Position numbers and translations under genes: made by a program. From Gemmatimonadales bacterium (GTDB lineage Bacteria; Gemmatimonadota; Gemmatimonadetes; Gemmatimonadales; GWC2-71-9), in assembly GCA_035574255.1 (NCBI GenBank), contig DATLYZ010000031.1:142197-206196 (forward strand): a stretch of 64,000 bases of DNA. Reading direction: 5' to 3'. The notes beneath the pieces were generated by a model, which did no database searches, was not told the DNA's origin, and was given only the letters and a program-made list of their open reading frames with translations. Shown piece after piece: positions 26,717 through 35,731 of the stretch. Within the stretch, counting starts at the first letter, position 1. Every line of letters begins with the position of its first letter.

Positions 26717-28137
26717 TCTCGGTGTGGCCCTGGGGCCCGCCGCCGCCCGGTGCGGGTCCGGCGCGGGGCCGGCTTGAAGTGCTCCCGCCGGGGTTCCTCC
26801 GGCGGCGTGAGGTACCCCCAGGCGAGCTGGCCCTCCTGCCGGTAGGTCTTGCCCAGCGTGATGGCCAGCTTGGCCTTCATCAGCTCCTTGCCGAGATAGA
26901 AGGCGTGCGACGGATCGTCCACGCCGAGCTGATCGAAGATCGCCTGAATGTCGGTCCCCTGCACGAAGCGCTCGTGGTTGAAGACCGTGATGATCCCGCG
27001 CTCCGCGTAGATGCGAAAGTTCGGATCGGTGATCGAGGCCTGGAGACGGCGCAGCTCGGCATCGCCGTACTCGAGGATCTCCGGGTCCTTCACGGTGAGC
27101 AGCCGGTCGTCCACGTGCTTGGGAAGGGTGCGCTGAGTGACGGCGTAGTGCATGAGCCGGCGCGCGATGTCGATCTCCCGCACCGCCCCCCGGGCCCAGG
27201 GGATGACCTCGGTGGTGAGCACGGCCTTCACGCCGAGTTCCTGGGCCAGCGCCACCAGAATGGCGTTGACCCCGGTCGAGTCGGCGCTCGTAAGTTCGGT
27301 GATGTTCCCGATCCCCATGAGCTGCGGCACGGCGGGGTAGCGGCGGTGGATTTCCGCGTAGCGTTCCAGCGAGGCCATGAAGCCGAAGCCGATCGGTTCG
27401 ATCACGGGGTCGATCAGATAGCCGACGCCGGCCCGCTCGCAGGCCGCGAGGGTCGGTTCCAGGCTGGCGAGCCCCTGGCCGAAATCGGGGATCGCCACGA
27501 CCCGGGCCCGCGTGCCGCGCAGCTCCTCGAGCACCGCGAGGTTGGAGCCGTTCACGCTCAGGACGAGCTCGGCCCCAGCGGACACCGCGGCAGTGATCTC
27601 GCCCCGGTCGAAGGAATCAATGCTCACCCGGTAGCCGCGGCTCACCAGGTCCTGGACCAGAGCGCCGAGCTCGGGGAACTCGCGACCCGGGGTGCATCCC
27701 ACATCGATGATGTCGGCGCCGCTGGCGCGGAAGTATTCGGCCTCCGCGAGCACCGCTTCCCGGGACAGGCGAGGCGCATTGTTGATCTCCGCCAGGATCT
27801 CGATATCCCAGGCGCCGTAGTCGCCGCCGGCGCGCGCGCGGCCGAAGTAGCGGGGCAGCTCGCGAAGGTCCTTGGGGCCCTTCTCGACCGGGACTCCGAA
27901 CTGCTGGGCGAGCGGCGCCGTGTCTCCCTCCACCAGGCCCGGCAGCATCACGAGGTCCACCCCCGGGGGGACCTGCAGGAATCGGCCGATCCACGGGGTC
28001 GTCATCAGGGCCGCCACGGTGATCTTGAGGACCGCGACGTCCCAGGCGAACTCCGGCTCGAGCTCGGCCAGGACGCGCCGGAGCGCCGGTTCGGCGAGCT
28101 TGCCGGTGACAAAGAGAATCTTCCGGGGCGGGGGCAT
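26713..28137 (-). CDS. Dihydropteroate-synthase-like pterin-binding protein (H4MPT biosynthesis type)
   Basis: N-terminal extension (KILFVTGKLAEP..) plus a pterin-binding barrel (..ASGADIIDVGC..SIDSF..). Start 28137 or 28182. Confidence 0.75.
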   Translation of the reverse strand: MPPPRKILFVTGKLAEPALRRVLAELEPEFAWDVAVLKITVAALMTTPWIGRFLQVPPGVDLVMLPGLVEGDTAPLAQQFGVPVEKGPKDLRELPRYFGRARAGGDYGAWDIEILAEINNAPRLSREAVLAEAEYFRASGADIIDVGCTPGREFPELGALVQDLVSRGYRVSIDSFDRGEITAAVSAGAELVLSVNGSNLAVLEELRGTRARVVAIPDFGQGLASLEPTLAACERAGVGYLIDPVIEPIGFGFMASLERYAEIHRRYPAVPQLMGIGNITELTSADSTGVNAILVALAQELGVKAVLTTEVIPWARGAVREIDIARRLMHYAVTQRTLPKHVDDRLLTVKDPEILEYGDAELRRLQASITDPNFRIYAERGIITVFNHERFVQGTDIQAIFDQLGVDDPSHAFYLGKELMKAKLAITLGKTYRQEGQLAWGYLTPPEEPRREHFKPAPRRTRTGRRRAPGPHRE

Positions 28138-28231
28138 AGCCGGTGGGGGAGGGGTCCGTGCAGTGGTGGGGGCGGCGGCCAACGGTCCAGTCGGGGTACC
28201 CGGCCGGACCGTCGCCCGCCGCCCGGCCCGG

Positions 28232-28591
28232 TCACTTGGCGTCGCCGCCGCGCACCCACTTGTTCGGGGTCCCCTCCAGCGCGCCGCCGCTGGGTCGCCA
28301 GAGCACCGATTCCTCGATCTTGCGCGCCAGCTCGAAGTCCTTGTCGGTGATGCCGCCCGCGGCGTGATTCTGGAGCTTCACCCAGACCTTGGCCCACGTC
28401 ACCGTGAGGTCCGGATGGTGGTACGCCGCCTCGGCCAGGAAGCCGATGGCGTTCACCAAGGCGAGCGTGGTGAGCCAGCCGTCCGTCTTGTACTGGCGCC
28501 GGATCCAGCCATCCTCGTAGTACCACCCCGGCAAATCCTTCAGCTTCTCGGCGATCTCGGCTTCAGTGTAGGTCCGTTCCTTGGTTGCCAT
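28232..28591 (-). CDS. Pterin-4a-carbinolamine dehydratase (PCD/DCoH family)
   Basis: ..LPGW......I.R.Y....W...L..VN.IG.LAE...HHPDL.V.W..V.V.L.NH.. signature. Confidence 0.85.
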   Translation of the reverse strand: MATKERTYTEAEIAEKLKDLPGWYYEDGWIRRQYKTDGWLTTLALVNAIGFLAEAAYHHPDLTVTWAKVWVKLQNHAAGGITDKDFELARKIEESVLWRPSGGALEGTPNKWVRGGDAK

Positions 28592-28606
28592 AGTCAGGTT
28601 CCTCCA

Positions 28607-29395
28607 TCACATCACTTCTCCCCCGTTGACCAGGATCATCTGGCCCGTCATGTAGCGCGCGGCATCCGAGGCGAGGAAGACCGCCGCCGCGGCCACGTCT
28701 TCCGGGGTCCCCCAGCGGCGGAGCGGGATCTGGTCGGTGACCCGCTCCTTGAACCTGGGCGGCGCCTCGGCGCCGAAGGCGGTCTCGATCCAGCCCGGGC
28801 CCAGGACGTTCACCCGGATGGCCGGCGCCAGGGAGCGTGCCAGGGAGCGGCTGAAGCTGAGCACCCCCCCCTTTACGGCGGCGAAGAGTTCGGGGTTCTC
28901 GCCCGCGAGTCCCTGGAGCGCGCCATCCCAGGACATGTTGATGATGACGCCGCCGCCGGAGTTCTCCCGCATCAGCTCCGCCGCGGTCCAGGAGGCGAGC
29001 ATGGTCCCGCGGAGGTCCACCGCGAGGAGGAGATCGAGCTTCGCCACCCGGCCGAGCCGCGCATTGGGGCCGGTCAGGATGTCCGCCCCCGCGTTGTTGA
29101 TCCAGACGTCCACCTGGCCGAATTCCGCCCGCACTACCCCGGCCAAGCGGCGCAGGTCCTCGTCCTGCGCGATGTCGGCGGGGATGACCACCGCGCGGCG
29201 GCCCATCCTCCTCACCTCCTCCGCCACCCGTTCGGCGCCGGCGAGATTGGTCCGGTACGTGGTGGCGATGTCCGCACCGGCCCGGGCGGCGGCCAGCGCG
29301 ATCGCCCGGCCGATGCCGCTCGAGGCACCGGTCACGACCACCCGCTTGCCCGCCAGCGAGTTGAGCGGCAGGTCCGAGATATTGTTCCGCGCCAT
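28607..29395 (-). CDS. Short-chain dehydrogenase/reductase (possible pteridine reductase)
   Basis: TGASSGIGRA, NNAG, and a catalytic region ..S(W)DGAL.. / ..AAVKGG... Only the last 262 codons of ORF 28607..30016 are used. Confidence 0.8.
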   Translation of the reverse strand: MARNNISDLPLNSLAGKRVVVTGASSGIGRAIALAAARAGADIATTYRTNLAGAERVAEEVRRMGRRAVVIPADIAQDEDLRRLAGVVRAEFGQVDVWINNAGADILTGPNARLGRVAKLDLLLAVDLRGTMLASWTAAELMRENSGGGVIINMSWDGALQGLAGENPELFAAVKGGVLSFSRSLARSLAPAIRVNVLGPGWIETAFGAEAPPRFKERVTDQIPLRRWGTPEDVAAAAVFLASDAARYMTGQMILVNGGEVM

Positions 29396-29443
29396 CGTCG
29401 GGCGTAACATACCGGACCGGAATCGGCGAACAAGGGAGCGAGG

Positions 29444-30205
29444 GTGCGGCTGCTCGTCAGCGTATCGGATGCGGCGGAAGCGCGGGCTGCCCTGGCGGGT
29501 GGAGCGCAGATCGTGGATGCCAAGGACCCCGCACGGGGGACGCTGGCTCCCTTGACGCCCGCCCTGCTCCGTGCGGTCCGGGAGGCGGTCCCCGCCGAGG
29601 TGCCGCTCAGCGCCGCGCTGGGCGACGCGGGAACGGTGGCCGAGCTGGCGGCCCGGGTCGAGGGGATCACGGTGACGCTCTCCTTCGTCAAGCTCGGGTT
29701 CAGGGGATTCCCGAGCCCCCGGGCAGCGGCCGCGGTGCTTGCGGGGCTGGCGGAACTGGCCCGAAGCCTGCCCGGGTCCCCCGGCGTGATCGCGGTGGCC
29801 TATGCGGATTGGGAGCGGGTCGGGAGCCTTCCCGTGGAAGTCTTTCCCGCCCTGGTCGGCGAATGCGGTGGGGCTGGTCTCCTGGTGGACACCGCCCTCA
29901 AGGACGGCACCACCCTCTTCGACTGGATGAGCGTGAGCGATCTGGGTCGGGTCGGCGCGGAGGTCCTCAAGGTGGCGCCGGAGTTCGCGCTGGCCGGCAG
30001 CCTCGGTGTCGAGCATCTGGCCCTGGCGCGCTCGGCGGGTGCCACCGTGGTCGGGGTTCGCGGGGCCGCCTGTGACGGAGGCCGCAGGGGCCGGGTGAGC
30101 GAGGCGCGGGTCGCTCAGCTGGCGCGGAGCTTCTCGGCGAGACCGTCCACTTCCTCGAGCCCCACCACCGACCAGGGGATCGCCGCCGCCGCCCGGGAGA
30201 AGTAG
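29444..30205 (+). CDS. mfnB: (5-formylfuran-3-yl)methyl phosphate synthase-like (MfnB/DUF556), methanofuran biosynthesis
   Basis: (M/V)RLLVSV.DAAEA.AAL.GGA.IVDAKDP..G.LA.. then ..FVKLG.. and ..GVRGAAC..G.R. GTG start. Confidence 0.75.
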   Translation: MRLLVSVSDAAEARAALAGGAQIVDAKDPARGTLAPLTPALLRAVREAVPAEVPLSAALGDAGTVAELAARVEGITVTLSFVKLGFRGFPSPRAAAAVLAGLAELARSLPGSPGVIAVAYADWERVGSLPVEVFPALVGECGGAGLLVDTALKDGTTLFDWMSVSDLGRVGAEVLKVAPEFALAGSLGVEHLALARSAGATVVGVRGAACDGGRRGRVSEARVAQLARSFSARPSTSSSPTTDQGIAAAAREK

Positions 30206-30711
30206 GGATCGAGGAGTTCTCGCCCCCCGGCCACCGGCTTCACCAGGACCAGCTCGTCCGCGCCGAGGAGGACCGCGAGGTAGGCGGCCAGACTGTCGCT
30301 CGTCACCTCCCAGCGGTGCGGGAGTTCGTCCGCCGCCCGGAGCCAGCGGGCCGGGGCCAGGATCGGCACCTGGTGCCGCTGCAACGCCTCGGCTACCTCG
30401 CGCGCGTCGGTGACGACCAGGCCGCCGGGGATCCGGTCGCCCAGCACGTACCCGAACTGGTCCATGGCGAGGATCGCCATCCAGTGGGCGGCATCGGGGG
30501 AGAGTCCGGATCGCCGGTCGAACTCCCGCACCGTGTCCGCGAACGGCCCGCCGCCCGGGATCACGACGATCGGGCGCCCAGCCCTGGCCTGGGCCAGGGC
30601 CTTCCCTACCCGCTCCAGGGCCCCGGGCAGCCTCGCCAGGCTACCGCCTACCTTCACGACGGCGAGGCCCGTCGCCCCGGTGGGGGCCGTGGCCTGGTCG
30701 CCGGGTCGCAT
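30115..30711 (-). CDS. Amino-acid-kinase-fold protein (MfnE-like candidate)
   Basis: ..VVKVGGSL.. and ..VVIPGGGPFAD.. glycine-rich AAK motifs. Start uncertain (30711, 30750 or 30810). Confidence 0.65.
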   Translation of the reverse strand: MRPGDQATAPTGATGLAVVKVGGSLARLPGALERVGKALAQARAGRPIVVIPGGGPFADTVREFDRRSGLSPDAAHWMAILAMDQFGYVLGDRIPGGLVVTDAREVAEALQRHQVPILAPARWLRAADELPHRWEVTSDSLAAYLAVLLGADELVLVKPVAGGRELLDPYFSRAAAAIPWSVVGLEEVDGLAEKLRAS

Positions 30712-30837
30712 GGCAGGGGGCCGGGACCGGCCGGGAGATGGAGCGTTCATGGTCCCGTGCCGGAGCACCGGGCGGGGCGCGTTATATTCACGGCGCGCCA
30801 CCCAAGGCAACCTTCCACTTCGCGCTCAGCCCTGTCC

Positions 30838-31581
30838 ATGTTGCTCATTCCCGTTCTCGACCTGGCCGGCGGGCAGGCGGTCCACGCCCGTCGGGGCGAC
30901 CGTGCGCACTACCGCCCTGTCCGCTCCGTGCTCGTCCCGGGGCGACCCGGCGACGCGCTGGCGCTCGCCCGGGCCTATCGGGCCGAGCTCCGGGCCTCGC
31001 ACTGCTATGTGGCCGACGTGGACGCCATCGAGGGGAGACCGCTCCAGGCCGGCCTCCTCGCCGCGCTCGCCGATCCGGTGCAGGGCTTCGGTGCCGGACT
31101 GATGGTGGACGCCGGAATCAACAGCGCAGCCCGGGCGAGGGAGGTGCTCCGTCACGGAGCGACCCAGGTCGTGGTCGGCCTCGAATCGCTCCCCGGTTTC
31201 GCGGTCCTCGAGGACATCGTGGGCGCGGCCCCGTCGGGCCGGGTGGTGTTCAGCCTCGACCTGCGGGCGGGCCGGCCCGTCGCGGGGGAAGGCTTCGACC
31301 CGGACCTGGCGCCCGCCGAGCTCGCCGTCCGGGCGGTGGAGCTGGGGGCTGCGGCGGTGCTGGTGCTCGACCTCGCCGCCGTGGGGTCGAGCGCCGGGCC
31401 CTGGCACCTGGAACTGCTCCGGACCCTCAAGCAGCGGCTGGGCCGGCCGGTGTACGCCGCAGGCGGCGTACGGTCCCGCGAAGACCTCGAGCTGCTGCGC
31501 GAGACCGGCTGTGACGGGGTGCTGGTGGCGACGGCGATCCACGCCGGGGAACTCGGGCCGGCGGATTTCGCCGAAGGCTGA
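30838..31581 (+). CDS. HisA/HisF-family TIM-barrel protein (H4MPT-cluster type)
   Basis: MLLIPVLDLAGGQAVHA.. and ..YAAGGVRS.EDLE.L...G.DGVLVATA.H. Only the last 247 codons of ORF 30316..31581 are used. Confidence 0.8.
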   Translation: MLLIPVLDLAGGQAVHARRGDRAHYRPVRSVLVPGRPGDALALARAYRAELRASHCYVADVDAIEGRPLQAGLLAALADPVQGFGAGLMVDAGINSAARAREVLRHGATQVVVGLESLPGFAVLEDIVGAAPSGRVVFSLDLRAGRPVAGEGFDPDLAPAELAVRAVELGAAAVLVLDLAAVGSSAGPWHLELLRTLKQRLGRPVYAAGGVRSREDLELLRETGCDGVLVATAIHAGELGPADFAEG

Positions 31582-31606
31582 GATCCTCGGCCCCCCCCTG
31601 CCGGGC

Positions 31607-32104
31607 TCAGTCCAGTACCAGCCGGTACGTCGCCGCCTGGCCGAAGCTCTCCTCCACCTCGATTTCGATCGCCGTCAGATTCCGCACCCCGAGCTGGGCC
31701 AGGTCGTCCCGCACCCGGACGGCGAAGTACTGAGCCAGCATCTCCGCCGTGGTGTTCTCGATCGGCACCATCGCGCAGTCCGCGATCGGGAAGCTGTAGG
31801 TCCAGTTCCCGAAATAGTCCACGTGGCGGCGCCCGTCGTCGTCCCGGTAGGCCAGCTTCTTGTTCGTGAGCGGGAGCAGGACCTTGTGGTCAATCTCGTC
31901 GGTCAGCTTGCGGACCACCTTCTTCAGGATGGAAAAGTCCACCACGAACAGGGTCTCGTCGTCCACGTTGCCCTCGACGGTGACCCCGACGCGGTAGTTG
32001 TGGCCGTGGAGCGTCTCGCACTGGTGGCCCTTGAAGGTGATGAAGTGGGCCGACGAGAAGACCAGGTAGTCCTTGCTGACCGAAACCTTGAAGTCACTGC
32101 GCAC
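31607..32104 (-). CDS. 6-pyruvoyl-tetrahydropterin synthase family protein
   Basis: ..FSSAHF......CE.LHGHNY.V.V.V.G.....G.V.DF..LK.. PTPS/QueD signature. The GTG at 32104 is the only plausible start downstream of the upstream stop. Confidence 0.75.
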   Translation of the reverse strand: MRSDFKVSVSKDYLVFSSAHFITFKGHQCETLHGHNYRVGVTVEGNVDDETLFVVDFSILKKVVRKLTDEIDHKVLLPLTNKKLAYRDDDGRRHVDYFGNWTYSFPIADCAMVPIENTTAEMLAQYFAVRVRDDLAQLGVRNLTAIEIEVEESFGQAATYRLVLD

Positions 32105-32981
32105 GCCGGGATCCTCGATCGCCCTGCCAGCCGTCCTCGAGCAGCGCCACGAACACCGCGGCCGCGGTGAGGTCGGCGGTCGTTCCGGGGTTCCGTGAAT
32201 TCTGCGGGTCGCGCAACTCGGCGTCAAACGCGGCCAGCGCCTCCCGTCCAGCCGGGGTCCGGGGCCCCCCGATCCGGAGCAGCTCGCCCGCCCGTTCGCT
32301 GATCCGGGCCGCCTCGGCGGGGCCGAGTTTCCGGGCGATCAGGGTGTCCGGCCGCGCGGCGAGGAGGGCCAGGAAGGCGGCCACCACGGCGTCGGGCCAG
32401 GTGAGGCCGTCGTGCCGGGCAGCGCGGAGGGCCGGGAGGCCGGTCCCGAAGGTGAGATCGAACCCCGACACGTACTCCGAGGCGATCGCGTCCCGCCCGG
32501 CGGCGAGGCCCATGGCCTCGAGCAAGGTCACCGTCGGGGCCTGCCGCACGTCTTCCGCGTCCACCTCACCCAGGCCCCCCGGTTCCGCTTCCCGGATGGC
32601 CGCGTACACCTCGTGGGCATCCGCCACCGTCGTCGCGGCCAGGACCGACTGGAGCCGCTCCCGGAGCGTGCCGCTTCCCACCCGCGCCGCCCGGGCCAGC
32701 GGCCCGAGGAGCAGGATGATGCCGAGGTTGGTGTTGGCCGATGTCCAGGCGCGTGTCACCCGGACCGCCTCCCGGATCGTGCGGCCCAGGGCCACGCCGC
32801 CGGCCGCGCCGAGCACGGGACCGATGGCCACGGCGCTCACCACGAAGTCCTCGTAGGTGGTGTCGCGAAACGGGCGGCCCGGGGCCACGTTCCCGGGTTT
32901 CGGGGCGCTGGCCTCGAGCAGGCAGGCCAGCGTCGCGTAGATGGAAACGTCGTCCGGGGAAAGACCCCGCTGCCGCCTCAC
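32094..32981 (-). CDS. Triphosphoribosyl-dephospho-CoA synthase (CitG/MdcB)-like protein
   Basis: ..LLEASAPKPGNV.. and ..NTNLGIILLLGPLA.. blocks of the CitG family. GTGA overlap with the upstream gene. Confidence 0.75.
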   Translation of the reverse strand: MRRQRGLSPDDVSIYATLACLLEASAPKPGNVAPGRPFRDTTYEDFVVSAVAIGPVLGAAGGVALGRTIREAVRVTRAWTSANTNLGIILLLGPLARAARVGSGTLRERLQSVLAATTVADAHEVYAAIREAEPGGLGEVDAEDVRQAPTVTLLEAMGLAAGRDAIASEYVSGFDLTFGTGLPALRAARHDGLTWPDAVVAAFLALLAARPDTLIARKLGPAEAARISERAGELLRIGGPRTPAGREALAAFDAELRDPQNSRNPGTTADLTAAAVFVALLEDGWQGDRGSRRAQ

Positions 32982-33748
32982 CGGGTCTCGTGTCCGATCA
33001 TGATGATGAATCCGCCGGTGGCGAAGTTGGCCAGGTCGGACGCCACGGTGTGGAACTCGGGGGTGGCGATCCCGCGCCGGAGCGCCTCCGAGTTCGCAAA
33101 ATAGAGCTGGGCCTGGCGGTAGTAGCTTCGCTTCGACCCGTCCAGATTACTCACGAACCTGGTGAGCTCGGCCCGGGTGAAGCCAATCGCGGCAGCGTGG
33201 CGCTGGACCAGAGGGACGTGGGTCGCGGCGTAATACCGCTCGAAGGCGGCCGTGTCGGCCGGCTCCCGGTACAGGACGGTGAAGACCGCTTCCGGCTCGG
33301 CGGCGGGTTCCGTGGGCGGGCTCGTCTCCTCGCCGATCAGCACGGCGAAGCCGCCGCTGGCGAACCTGGGAAGATCGCCGCCGGCCGCCTGGAAGCCCTC
33401 GGTGGCGATCCCGCGCCGGAGCGCTGCCAGGTCCGGGAAGTAAAGTTCCGCCTCGCGGTAGAACTCGGCGGGTTTGCCGTCGGGGGCTGCGTCGAACAGG
33501 ACGAGGTCCGTTCGCACGTGCCCGATCTCCGCCTGGCGCGCCCCGACCAGCGGCAGGTGGGTCGCGCGGTAGTACTGCTCGAAAGCCCCGTGGCTGGTGG
33601 GATGGTGGTACAGCACCGTCACGATCGCGCGGGGAGCCGGCCCGGCCGGGGGCTGGATGGCGGCGGTGGTGTCCCGGGCGGGCCGGTCGGCCGGCCGGGC
33701 ACAGGCGAGAAGCAGGGCAGCGAGCGGAAGCCAGGATGGTCTGGGCAT
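32978..33748 (-). CDS. Lipoprotein with two tandem EthD-like (dimeric alpha/beta-barrel) domains
   Basis: Lipobox LLLAC. Two internally repeated units of about 100 aa (..VTVLYHHPTSHGAFEQYYRATHLPLV.. and ..FTVLYREPADTAAFERYYAATHVPLV..), each ending ..GGF(A/I)(V/I)(L/M)IG(E/H)E. Confidence 0.65.
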   Translation of the reverse strand: MPRPSWLPLAALLLACARPADRPARDTTAAIQPPAGPAPRAIVTVLYHHPTSHGAFEQYYRATHLPLVGARQAEIGHVRTDLVLFDAAPDGKPAEFYREAELYFPDLAALRRGIATEGFQAAGGDLPRFASGGFAVLIGEETSPPTEPAAEPEAVFTVLYREPADTAAFERYYAATHVPLVQRHAAAIGFTRAELTRFVSNLDGSKRSYYRQAQLYFANSEALRRGIATPEFHTVASDLANFATGGFIIMIGHETR

Positions 33749-33818
33749 GGGGTCCACTGTAGTGAAAGGAGTTGGGGGGGGGGCGGCGTGACCCGCCGCG
33801 CGCCGGCACGTCCTGCTC

Positions 33819-34790
33819 CTACGTCTCCGGATAGAGCGACCGGCCCAGCACCTCGACATTGACCGCGCCGGCCTGATAGGTCTTCCCGGAGCTGGCCGAG
33901 GTGAGCCATACCGCGGCCGGGCTGAAGAGGAGGGGGTCGATCCGGTAGAAATCTTTCTCGTACCGTTCGAAAATCTCGTAGAACGGGGTGCCGTAGTCCC
34001 GGGACGAGGAGGAGGGGACCTGGGGCGCCAGGGCGGCGAGTTCGGCGTCGCTGGCCCGCACCAGGAAATGGGCCTGGCCGCCGTAGAGGATGCAATCGTT
34101 GGTGCGCCCGATGGCGCGGGTGTCGTTCCGGGCGGGCGGTGGGACCGGCGCCCAGCCGATGCCGCCGGCGACCCGTCTCACGTCGAAGCCCAGGGTCTCC
34201 ATCTTGTGGAGCGCCGTTTCCAGGATCCGGGCGGCGATCTGGGTGCCGCCCGCGAGGCTCGCCGTGGGGGCCACCACGAACGTCAGCTTGTCCGGCGCAA
34301 GGCCCGCCTTGGCGGCCACGTACTCCGCCACGGCCGGGGTCGGCAACTGGCGGGTTTCCAGCACCAGGACCCCCCGGGGCGCCTGCTCCGCGTAGCCGAG
34401 CTTTTCGTACAGCTCCTTTTCCACCCGCACGTGGGCCCGGAGGGGACCGGATCCCATGGCGAAGTACCGTTCGACCTGGATCGCCCACCCGGCGTACTGC
34501 GAGGCCATGCAGGCGACCGCGGGATGGTCGGTGCGCACCACGACGCCGGGGAAGTTCCGGCCCTCGAGCGCCACGGCGCCGTACTCCACCCGGCCCAGCC
34601 CCCCCATGCAGATCTCGCCCAGCAGGCGGCCCGCCTCGTACCCTCCCTCGACCTCGATTCCTGCGTCGATCACGCGCGCGCCGTTCGGCAGCCGGTGCAC
34701 CGCGACGCGGAGCAGGGCGGCGTCCTCGCACATCCGATCGGCGAGGGACCACGCGCGCTCGTTGAGCGCCAGGCCGGCGACAGGGTTCAT
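33819..34790 (-). CDS. mch: Methenyl-H4MPT cyclohydrolase
   Basis: Full-length match to my recollection of Mch (..VIDAGIEV.GG.EAG....ICMGGLG.. and ..ACMASQYAGW..). Confidence 0.9.
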   Translation of the reverse strand: MNPVAGLALNERAWSLADRMCEDAALLRVAVHRLPNGARVIDAGIEVEGGYEAGRLLGEICMGGLGRVEYGAVALEGRNFPGVVVRTDHPAVACMASQYAGWAIQVERYFAMGSGPLRAHVRVEKELYEKLGYAEQAPRGVLVLETRQLPTPAVAEYVAAKAGLAPDKLTFVVAPTASLAGGTQIAARILETALHKMETLGFDVRRVAGGIGWAPVPPPARNDTRAIGRTNDCILYGGQAHFLVRASDAELAALAPQVPSSSSRDYGTPFYEIFERYEKDFYRIDPLLFSPAAVWLTSASSGKTYQAGAVNVEVLGRSLYPET

Positions 34791-34826
34791 GCGGGCTCCT
34801 CGTTCAGCCGGCAGGCGGCGACCGCC

Positions 34827-35729
34827 TCACCGTCCTCCGTCGGCCAGAATCTTCCGCAAGTGGAAGTGATGCGGTCCCAGCTTGCCGCCGTAGTTGCCGG
34901 CCGTGATCACCCGGACCTGCGGCCGGCACGCGGCCAGCATCCCCACCCGCATGGCGCCTTCCACGGCCGCCGCATCGAGCCCGTTGATCACGATCTCCAG
35001 CACCGAGTTCACCTGGTCCGGCAGGGCGGTCTCGGTGACACGGCGGAGCGTGGGGCAGAACGCGTCGTTGGTGGAGGCGATCATCTTCTTGGATCGCCGG
35101 GAACCGACCTTGCTCCCGCTGCGCACGATGCCGCCGGGGAAAGGAAGGATGATCCCGGGCCGGCCGCTCATCGCCTCGACGGCGGCCTCCGCGGCCTCGA
35201 GGGCCGCCTCGGCGCTCTCGGCGAGGATCAGGAAGTTGCCCCCCCCGACCGCCCTCTGCATCCCGAACTTCTCCTGGACCAGGAACTCGCCTTCCATGAC
35301 CGGGATGCGCCAGTATCGCTCGCCCCCGATGACCTTGCTCGCCTGGAACCCGTCGCCGAAATGGCGGAGCACCGAGCCCACCGGGATCCGGTCGGGAGCC
35401 TGGGGGAGCCCGTCGTAGCAGGCCGTCGTGGGGCAGGTGAGCACGGTCTGCCCGATCCGCTCGACCAGCCGGGCCGGGAGGTCCTCCTTTCCCATGGTCA
35501 TGAGGAGCACGTGCACGCCGGGCCGGCCGTCCGGTGTCTCCTCCGGCCCGACCTCGCGTTCGATCCCCGCCTCGCACTTGCAGCCGATCACCGAGGTGGC
35601 AAAGCCGGTCAGCTTGAGCGCCGCCTCCCGGGCCCAGCGCGCGGTTCGGGCCGTGATCACCACCCGGGCCGCCCGCATGGTGAAGGCTTCGGCGAAGGTA
35701 TCCTCGATCAGGACGTCGCGGATGCGCAC
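34827..35729 (-). CDS. fhcD: Formylmethanofuran:H4MPT N-formyltransferase (Ftr/FhcD), copy 1
   Basis: ..IEDTFAEAF.M.A.R..ITA...WA..AA...TGFATSVIGC.CEAGIE.. and ..GGGNFLILAES... GTG start 2 nt after the fhcC stop. Confidence 0.9.
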   Translation of the reverse strand: MRIRDVLIEDTFAEAFTMRAARVVITARTARWAREAALKLTGFATSVIGCKCEAGIEREVGPEETPDGRPGVHVLLMTMGKEDLPARLVERIGQTVLTCPTTACYDGLPQAPDRIPVGSVLRHFGDGFQASKVIGGERYWRIPVMEGEFLVQEKFGMQRAVGGGNFLILAESAEAALEAAEAAVEAMSGRPGIILPFPGGIVRSGSKVGSRRSKKMIASTNDAFCPTLRRVTETALPDQVNSVLEIVINGLDAAAVEGAMRVGMLAACRPQVRVITAGNYGGKLGPHHFHLRKILADGGR

Positions 35730-35731
35730 GG

